A stretch of 47,237 nucleotides of DNA from Acidocella sp. (GTDB taxonomy: Bacteria > Pseudomonadota > Alphaproteobacteria > Acetobacterales > Acetobacteraceae), in the NCBI GenBank assembly GCA_035427885.1, contig DAOMCN010000002.1:1-47237 (forward strand), in the 5' to 3' direction. Of this stretch, positions 40,715 to 47,237 are shown one piece after another. The position numbers and the translations under genes are program-made. The notes under the pieces were generated by a model. That model did no database searches. It worked only from the letters and a program-made list of their open reading frames with translations, and had not been told where the DNA came from. How positions within the stretch are numbered: position 1 is the stretch's first letter; the number at the start of each line of letters is the position of its first letter.

Positions 40715-41310
40715 TCCTGCTGATCGACAACTACGATAGTTTTACCTTCAACCTGGTGCATTTTCTGGGCGACTTGGGCGCGCAATGTGTTGTCCGCCGC
40801 AACGACGCGTTGACCGTGGAGGAAGCGCTGGCGTTGAAGCCCGAGGCGATTGTCCTCTCGCCCGGGCCATGCACGCCGACCGAGGCGGGGGTCTGCGTGG
40901 ACCTGGTTCATGCTGCGGCGGCGACAAAAATCCCGCTGCTGGGCGTATGTCTGGGGCATCAATCCATCGGCCAGGCTTTTGGCGGGCAGGTGGTGCGCGC
41001 GCCAGAGCCGGTGCATGGCAAGACCAGCCCGATCTACCACGATAACACGGATATTTTCGCGGGTTTGCCCAACCCGTTCACCGCGACGCGCTATCACTCG
41101 CTGATCGTGGCGCGTTCCAGCCTGCCGGACGTGCTGGCGCCCACTGCCCATACCGAGGACGGGATCATCATGGGGCTGCGCCATGTCAGCCTGCCAATTT
41201 ACGGGGTGCAGTTTCACCCCGAAAGCATCGCCACCAGCCACGGGCATGAGGTTTTGAAGAATTTCCTGACCATAGCGCAGGACGTCAACAAGGCGGCGCA
41301 GGCGGCATGA
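40711..41310 (+). CDS. trpG: Anthranilate synthase component II
   Basis: [33 protein letters not shown]. Confidence 0.96.
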   Translation: MILLIDNYDSFTFNLVHFLGDLGAQCVVRRNDALTVEEALALKPEAIVLSPGPCTPTEAGVCVDLVHAAAATKIPLLGVCLGHQSIGQAFGGQVVRAPEPVHGKTSPIYHDNTDIFAGLPNPFTATRYHSLIVARSSLPDVLAPTAHTEDGIIMGLRHVSLPIYGVQFHPESIATSHGHEVLKNFLTIAQDVNKAAQAA

Positions 41311-42332
41311 CCGGGACCTTGAAGCCGGTGCTGGCGCGGTTGGCGCAGGGCGAGGTTTTGAGCGCGCCGGATGCTGAGGCGGCGTTTGGCGTGGTGATGG
41401 ATGGGCTGGCGACGCCGGCACAGATCGGCGGCATGTTGATGGCGATGCGGGTGCGTGGCGAGCGTGTCGCGGAGCTGACTGGCGCGGTGACGGCGATGCG
41501 CGCGCGCATGACCCGCGTCGATGCGCCCGATAACGCAATCGATGTCTGCGGCACTGGCGGCGATGGCGCGGCTAGTCTGAACATTTCAACCGCGGTGACC
41601 TTTGTCCTCGCGGCTTGTGGGATTCCGGTGGCCAAGCACGGCAACCGCGCGCTCTCATCGCGCGCGGGCGGGGCGGATGTGTTGCTCGCACTGGGGGTGA
41701 ATATCGAGCCGCCAATAGCAAGGTTGCCGGAAATTCTGCGCGAGACGGGCTGCGTGTTTCTCTTCGCCCCACGGCATCACCCGGCGCTGCGCCATGCGGC
41801 GCCCGTGCGCGTCGAGCTGGGCACGCGCACGATTTTCAACCTCACTGGGCCAATGGCCAACCCCGCAGGTGTGAAGCGCCAGTTGGTCGGGGTATATGAC
41901 CCGGTCTGGTTGCGCCCCGTGGCGGAGACGCTACGCGATCTGGGCACCGAAGCGGCCTGGGTGGTGCATGGCGGCGGACTGGATGAGCTGACGCTGGCGG
42001 GAGAAAATCAGGTTGTGGCGCTGAAGAGTGGCGAGATTACGGAATTTACCCTGACCGCCGCCGATGCGGGGCTGTCCCCGGTGCCGATGGCGGCGCTCAA
42101 GGGCGGCGACGCGGCGGAGAACGCGGCGGCGCTGCTCGCAATGTTGGAAGGCCAGGCAAGTGGCTATCGGGACACTATTCTATTCAACGCAGCCGCCGCG
42201 TTGATCATCGCTGGAGATGCGGCGGATCTGCGCGAGGGCGTGGCCCTCGCCGCCGCCGCGATTGATAATGGCGGCGCAAGAGGCGTGCTGGAGCGGCTGA
42301 AAACAGCATCGCGGGAACAAAATTGGGTATGA
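41307..42332 (+). CDS. trpD: Anthranilate phosphoribosyltransferase
   Basis: [28 protein letters not shown]. Confidence 0.97.
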   Translation: MTGTLKPVLARLAQGEVLSAPDAEAAFGVVMDGLATPAQIGGMLMAMRVRGERVAELTGAVTAMRARMTRVDAPDNAIDVCGTGGDGAASLNISTAVTFVLAACGIPVAKHGNRALSSRAGGADVLLALGVNIEPPIARLPEILRETGCVFLFAPRHHPALRHAAPVRVELGTRTIFNLTGPMANPAGVKRQLVGVYDPVWLRPVAETLRDLGTEAAWVVHGGGLDELTLAGENQVVALKSGEITEFTLTAADAGLSPVPMAALKGGDAAENAAALLAMLEGQASGYRDTILFNAAAALIIAGDAADLREGVALAAAAIDNGGARGVLERLKTASREQNWV

Positions 42333-43141
42333 GCGAGTTTATGGAACAAGGCGATATTTTAGCAAGAATTTGCGACGACACCCGCGCGGAGCTGACGCGG
42401 CGGATGGCGGTGACCAACCTTGACGAGATCAAGCATCTCGCGCGCGAAGGGGAAAAGCCGCGTAGCTTTGGCCGGGCGCTGATGGACGCCTCGGCAGCCG
42501 GGCGCGCCGGGCTGATTACCGAAATCAAGAAGGCCTCGCCCTCTGGCGGGGTGATCCGCGAGGATTTTGACCCGGCGGCGCTGGCGTCGGCCTATGCGCA
42601 AGGCGGAGCGGCGTGTCTCTCTGTGCTGACCGATAAGGAATATTTTCAGGGTAGCCCGGAACACCTCAAAGCGGCGCGCGCGGCGGTCACATTGCCGGTG
42701 CTGCGTAAGGATTTCATCCTCGATCCCTGGCAGGTTTACGAGAGCCGGGCGATGGGGGCGGATTGCATCCTACTGATTATGGCGGCACTTGAGGATGCGC
42801 AGGCGCGCGAGCTGGAAGGTTTGGCGCGCGCGCTGGATATGGATGTGCTGGTCGAGGTGCATAACGAGGCGGAGCTGGAGCGTGCGCTTGGCTTGCAGAC
42901 CCCGCTGCTCGGCATTAACAACCGCAATCTGAAAACGTTGGAAACGACGCTGGAGACGACGGAACGGCTCTCGCAGCTTTGCCCGCCGGACCGCTTTCTG
43001 ATCTCGGAATCGGGTATCAAGGTGCATGACGATATCGTGCGGCTGCAAAAGCTCTGCGTGCAGGGCTTCCTGGTCGGCGAATCGCTGATGCGTGAGCTGG
43101 ATGTGACCCAGGCCGTGCGCAATCTGCTGGGGGTCGAATGA
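42329..43141 (+). CDS. trpC: Indole-3-glycerol phosphate synthase
   Basis: [41 protein letters not shown]. Confidence 0.97.
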   Translation: MSEFMEQGDILARICDDTRAELTRRMAVTNLDEIKHLAREGEKPRSFGRALMDASAAGRAGLITEIKKASPSGGVIREDFDPAALASAYAQGGAACLSVLTDKEYFQGSPEHLKAARAAVTLPVLRKDFILDPWQVYESRAMGADCILLIMAALEDAQARELEGLARALDMDVLVEVHNEAELERALGLQTPLLGINNRNLKTLETTLETTERLSQLCPPDRFLISESGIKVHDDIVRLQKLCVQGFLVGESLMRELDVTQAVRNLLGVE

Positions 43142-43608
43142 CCCGTCTGACACATCTCGACGAGACTGGCGCTGCCCGGATGGTCGATGTGTCAGCCAAA
43201 GCGGACACCCTGCGCGAGGCGATCGCGAAGGGGCGCGTCGTCATGCTGCCCGAGAGTCTGGCGTTGATCGCTGAGGGCAAGGCGGCGAAGGGCGATGTCC
43301 TTGCCGTTGCGCGCATCGCGGGCATTATGGCAGCCAAGCGCACGGCGGAGCTGATCCCGCTTTGCCACCCGCTGCCGCTCTCCTCGGTGGTGATCGAGCT
43401 GACGCTGGTCGAAGACGCGGTCGAGATCGCCGCCACCGTGCGCACCACCGGGCGGACCGGGGTTGAGATGGAGGCGCTGAGTGCTGTGAGCGTCGCGGCC
43501 CTGACTATCTACGACATGGTGAAGGCGGTAGATCGCGGTATGCGCATCGAGGCCATTCGCGTGGTGCGCAAGTCCGGTGGGAAGTCAGGAGATTTTGAGC
43601 AGGCATGA
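43138..43608 (+). CDS. moaC: Cyclic pyranopterin monophosphate synthase
   Basis: [44 protein letters not shown]. Confidence 0.97.
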   Translation: MTRLTHLDETGAARMVDVSAKADTLREAIAKGRVVMLPESLALIAEGKAAKGDVLAVARIAGIMAAKRTAELIPLCHPLPLSSVVIELTLVEDAVEIAATVRTTGRTGVEMEALSAVSVAALTIYDMVKAVDRGMRIEAIRVVRKSGGKSGDFEQA

Positions 43609-44801
43609 TTAGCGTCGAGGAAGCGCGGACGCGCGTTCTGGAAAAACTGCAAGGTACGCGCGCAGAGACCATTTCCCTGGCCCAAGGCTTCGGCCGGGTG
43701 TTGGCCGAGCCGGTGCGCGCAAGGCTGAACCAGCCGCCTGCCGATGTTTCCTCGATGGATGGCTACGCCCTGCGCGCGGTGGATGGTGTGGCGGGCGCGC
43801 GGCTGAAGCTGATCGGCGCGGCGCCGGCGGGGCATCCGTTTGGCGGCGCGGTTGGTCCGGGTGAGGCGGTGCGGCTGTTTACCGGCGGATTTGTCCCGGC
43901 AGGGGCCGATACCGTGCTGATCCAGGAAAACGCCACGGCGGAGCAAGGATTTGTCACGCTGAACCATGCCTGCGAGCCGGGGCGGCATATCCGCCGCCAG
44001 GGGCAGGATTTTACCGTGGGCGAGACGCTTATCCCGGCAGGCAAGCGGCTTTCGGCCCGCGATATCGGTTTGGCGGCCTCAAGCAATGCCCCGTGGCTGC
44101 GCGTTCATCGCAAGCCGCGTATCGCGATTTTGGCGACGGGGGATGAAATTTCCCTGCCCGGCGAGGCGATTGGGCCGGGCGGGATTGTTAGCTCCAACAC
44201 CCATGCGCTGGCGGCGTTTGTGCTGGCCTGCGGCGCTGAGCCGCTGGTCCTCCCGATTGCCGGGGATGATCGCGACGCGATCGCCGCCGGGGCGGATGCG
44301 GCACGCGGCACGGATATGATGCTGACGACCGGGGGGGTGAGTGTTGGCGCGCATGATCTCGTCCAGGCCGGGCTGGAGACGCGCGGGTTTGTGCTGGATT
44401 TCTGGAAGATCGCCATGCGTCCGGGCAAGCCGCTGATGTTTGGCTGGCTCGGCGGGCTGCCGATCCTCGGGCTACCGGGGAATCCTGTTTCCGCCCTGGT
44501 CGGTGCGGTCTTGTTTCTGCGCCCGGCGATTGAACGTATGAGCGGGCTGGCTTGTGCGGCGCCGATGACCGAACTGGTCCGGCTCGGCGGGTCGCTGCGG
44601 CAGAACGACGTGCGCGAGGATTATATGCGGGCGACGTTGACGCGTGATGGAGCGGATTGGGTCGCGATCCCGCATCCGGCGCAGGATTCCGCGATGATGA
44701 AAAATCTGGCGCTGGCCGAGGCGTTGATCCGTCGGCCGCCACACCAAGCGGCCCTATCGGCGGGCGATGTGGTTGAGATCATTCGATTGGGTGATTTGTA
44801 A
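43605..44801 (+). CDS. moeA: Molybdopterin molybdotransferase
   Basis: SSMDGYA, RLFTGG..P.GAD, TGDE, TGGVSVG, RPGKP, LPGNPVS. Confidence 0.96.
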   Translation: MISVEEARTRVLEKLQGTRAETISLAQGFGRVLAEPVRARLNQPPADVSSMDGYALRAVDGVAGARLKLIGAAPAGHPFGGAVGPGEAVRLFTGGFVPAGADTVLIQENATAEQGFVTLNHACEPGRHIRRQGQDFTVGETLIPAGKRLSARDIGLAASSNAPWLRVHRKPRIAILATGDEISLPGEAIGPGGIVSSNTHALAAFVLACGAEPLVLPIAGDDRDAIAAGADAARGTDMMLTTGGVSVGAHDLVQAGLETRGFVLDFWKIAMRPGKPLMFGWLGGLPILGLPGNPVSALVGAVLFLRPAIERMSGLACAAPMTELVRLGGSLRQNDVREDYMRATLTRDGADWVAIPHPAQDSAMMKNLALAEALIRRPPHQAALSAGDVVEIIRLGDL

Positions 44802-44819
44802 CGCTTGACGGGGCTTTGA

Positions 44820-44834
44820 GAACTAAACTAGAAC
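44820..44834 (+). promoter_or_regulatory. Alphaproteobacterial SOS box
   Basis: GAAC-TAAACTA-GAAC (GAAC-N7-GAAC) overlapping the likely -10 of a TTGACG (44805) promoter upstream of lexA. Confidence 0.9.
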
Positions 44835-44888
44835 ATTTGGTGAGTTGGCGCTTTGTTCTCATAAGGCGCGTCAGAGCCGGAGGCATCT

Positions 44889-45584
44889 ATGCTGACCACC
44901 AAGCAACATGAATTGCTGGTTTTTATTGACCAGCGACTGCGCGAAACCGGGTGTAGCCCGAGTTTCGAGGAAATGAAGGAAGCGCTCGACCTGCGCTCCA
45001 AATCGGGCATTCACCGGCTGATCACAGCGCTGGAAGAGCGTGGATTCTTGAAGCGGCACAAGCACCGGGCGCGCGCGCTTGAAGTCGTGCGGCTTTCGGA
45101 CGATATGGCACCGCAACGCGATCTGCCGCGTTTTGCACCCAATGTGATCCAGGGGAATTTCTCCGGCAAGCTGCCCGGCGTGCGTGCGGCGAATGAAGCT
45201 GGGGCGGTGTCTCTGCCGCTTTATGGCAAGATCGCCGCCGGACTGCCGATCGAGGCGCTCCGCGATAACGACGCGGAGATCGAGGTGCCGCTGGCGCTGA
45301 TCGGCTCGGGTGAGCATTTTGCCCTGGAGGTCGAGGGCGACTCCATGATCGAAGCCGGAATTCTGGACGGTGATACCGTGATCATCCGCAAGGGCGAGAC
45401 GGCGGAAAACGGGCAGATCATCGTGGCGCTGGTGGACGAAAACGAGGTGACGCTGAAACGGCTGCGCCGACGAGGGCAGTCGATTGCGCTGGAGCCGGCG
45501 AATATGCGCTATGAGACCAAGATATTCCCCGCCGAACGGGTCAAGGTGCAGGGGCGTCTGGTGGCGCTGTTGCGGCGCTACTGA
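44889..45584 (+). CDS. lexA: SOS repressor LexA
   Basis: [25 protein letters not shown] cleavage site, GDSM, TLK. Confidence 0.98.
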   Translation: MLTTKQHELLVFIDQRLRETGCSPSFEEMKEALDLRSKSGIHRLITALEERGFLKRHKHRARALEVVRLSDDMAPQRDLPRFAPNVIQGNFSGKLPGVRAANEAGAVSLPLYGKIAAGLPIEALRDNDAEIEVPLALIGSGEHFALEVEGDSMIEAGILDGDTVIIRKGETAENGQIIVALVDENEVTLKRLRRRGQSIALEPANMRYETKIFPAERVKVQGRLVALLRRY

Positions 45585-45622
45585 GGGCTGGACAGCCGCA
45601 CGGCGGGAGCGGCCCAGAGGTT

Positions 45623-45659
45623 CTGGAGCCCTTTCCCGCTCAATACGCGAACGCTCCAG
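45623..45659. repeat. CTGGAGC...GCTCCAG-bounded mini-element
   Basis: 7-bp terminal inverted repeat, a variant of CTAGAGC/GCTCTAG. Confidence 0.4.
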
Positions 45660-45681
45660 CTTTGTTCTGGCAAGCAATTTT

Positions 45682-45724
45682 ATCGGGTTAAGCCGAGCCT
45701 CTCGCTCAAACTTAACCCGATTTT
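45682..45724 (+). terminator. Long hairpin between convergent lexA and helicase; possible terminator and repeat copy
   Basis: ATCGGGTTAAG-CCGAGCCTCTCGCTCAAA-CTTAACCCGAT followed by a short T run; similar to hairpin at 9670-9700. Confidence 0.6.
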
Positions 45725-47237
45725 CTAATAGCCGCCTTTGATCGCCTTATTCTTGCGGCGGCGTTCCTGCTCGGTGGGTTTGGCGCCGGGCGGGCGTTCC
45801 GGGCGGGTGAATTTCATTTTTGGCGGACGCGGGCCGGGGTCGCGTGTTGGGCCGAGGCCTGGGGCAGTCGCGGGCTGGACGGTCAGGTCCGAGCTATTGG
45901 CGGCGGTCACCGCGGCGGCGAAGCGCGCGGCGGCGTCCTGGGTGATCTCGAACTTTGTCTCGCGGTCGAAAATACGGATCACGCCGATTTCCGCCTTGGT
46001 CACGCCGCCTAAACGGCAGATCAGCGGGATCAGCCATTTCGGGTCGGCGTTGTTCTTGCGGCCCACCGGGGCGCTGAACCAGGCCATTGCGGTGCCGTCC
46101 GTCCGGCGTTCGAATTTCTGCGCCTCGCGGGGCGCGTTCTCTAGCGGTGGGCGCGGGATGAAGGTTTCGCGCGATGCGGGCTGGAGGGTGATCTGCGCCG
46201 GTTCTGGCAGGCGGGCGCGGTAAAGCCGGATCAGCGCCGCGGCGATGGCTTCTGGGGATTGGCGCGCCAGCAGGGATTGGGCGAGGGGGAGTTCATCCTC
46301 ATTCGGCGCCTGGGTGAGCAGCGGATCTTCGAGAAGGCGTTCCTGGTCGCGGGCGCGAATCTCTTCCGGGCTTGGTGGGTCCTGCCAGATGGCTTCGATA
46401 TTGGCCGAGCCGAGTAGCAATTCGGCGCGGCGGCGCTTGAAGTTAGGCACCAGGAGCAGGCAAACGCCTTTGCGCCCGGCGCGGCCGGTACGACCTGAGC
46501 GATGCAGCAGGGTTGCCTTGTTGGTGGGCAGATCGGCATGGATCACGAGGTCCAGATCAGGCAGGTCTAGGCCGCGCGCCGCGACGTCGGTCGCGATGCA
46601 GACCTGGGCGCGGCCCTCACGCAGGGCGTTCAGGGCGGTGTTGCGCTCGTTCTGCGAAAGCTCGCCCGAGAGGGCGACGGCGTTGAAGCCGCGGGCCAGC
46701 AGGCTGGCGTGCAGATGGCGTACGGAATCGCGGGTCGCGCAGAAGACCAGGGCGCGGGCATCGTGCAGGCGCAGGAGGTTGACCAGCCCTTGTTCGGTCT
46801 CGTGTCCGGCGAGGCGGATGGCGCGGTATTCGATGTCCGCATGGGGCTGGTTGCGCGCCACGGTGTCGATGCGCAGGGCGTTCTGTTGGTATTTGCGCGC
46901 CAGGGAGGCGATTTCCCGCGCGATGGTGGCGGAGAAAAGCAGGGTACGGCGGCTCTCGGGCGCGCTGGAGAGGATGAAGTCCAACTCGTCCTTGAAGCCG
47001 AGGTCGAGCATCTCGTCGGCCTCGTCCAGAACCACGGCCTCGCACTCGGCGAGTTTGAGATGCCCGCGGTTGATGTGGTCCTGCAAGCGGCCTGGCGTGC
47101 CGACGACGATGTGGCAGCCTTGTTGCAGAGCGCGTTGCTCGCGCCGCGCGTCCATGCCTCCGACGCACGAGACGATGCGCCCACCAGCCTGCTCGTAGAG
47201 CCAGGTCAGTTCGGCGTGGACCTGCAGCGCTAGTTCG
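45725..47237 (-). CDS. DEAD-box RNA helicase with DbpA-type RNA-binding domain (5' end outside window)
   Basis: ELALQV (motif Ia), GTPGR, DEADEM, SAT, TDVAARGLD, HRSGRTGRAG; C-terminal VGRKNNADP..LIPLIC...IG.I.I. Confidence 0.95.
   Translation of the reverse strand, partial: ELALQVHAELTWLYEQAGGRIVSCVGGMDARREQRALQQGCHIVVGTPGRLQDHINRGHLKLAECEAVVLDEADEMLDLGFKDELDFILSSAPESRRTLLFSATIAREIASLARKYQQNALRIDTVARNQPHADIEYRAIRLAGHETEQGLVNLLRLHDARALVFCATRDSVRHLHASLLARGFNAVALSGELSQNERNTALNALREGRAQVCIATDVAARGLDLPDLDLVIHADLPTNKATLLHRSGRTGRAGRKGVCLLLVPNFKRRRAELLLGSANIEAIWQDPPSPEEIRARDQERLLEDPLLTQAPNEDELPLAQSLLARQSPEAIAAALIRLYRARLPEPAQITLQPASRETFIPRPPLENAPREAQKFERRTDGTAMAWFSAPVGRKNNADPKWLIPLICRLGGVTKAEIGVIRIFDRETKFEITQDAAARFAAAVTAANSSDLTVQPATAPGLGPTRDPGPRPPKMKFTRPERPPGAKPTEQERRRKNKAIKGGY

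Noticed and set aside
39200-45584. trpEGDC-moaC-moeA-lexA linkage as a novel operon
   Set aside because: Common conserved order in alphaproteobacteria.

Overview
GC-rich alphaproteobacterial chromosome segment. Gene content and order suggest Acetobacteraceae (Acidocella/Acidiphilium-like); this is inference. Core blocks: rplI(partial)-rpsR-rpsF; dnaB-alr-mlaE-mlaF; comM-SDR-cytosine deaminase; pyrD-HAD; kdsA-pyrG-secG-tpiA; ppiD-trpEGDC-moaC-moeA-lexA; a partial DEAD-box helicase. A mosaic stretch (~9.6-25.9 kb) carries DUF1176, bioD/bioBA, a PHA synthase operon, two membrane c-di-GMP enzymes, ubiM, two sulfotransferases, a truncated globin and mntR. No rRNA, tRNA, CRISPR array, transposase or integrase was seen. 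Main signals: (1) a sharp local C-rich to G-rich strand-skew flip centred on a tiny REP-like hairpin at ~22.64 kb; (2) small palindromic elements anchored on TAG stop codons (TAGAGC...); (3) four FNR/FixK-type boxes at similar distances upstream of four separate units, suggesting a micro-oxic regulon; (4) three dispersed sulfotransferases, one with a possible glycan-capping architecture; (5) an apparent inversion separating rplI from dnaB. All functional calls come from motif recognition by eye; no database searches were run.
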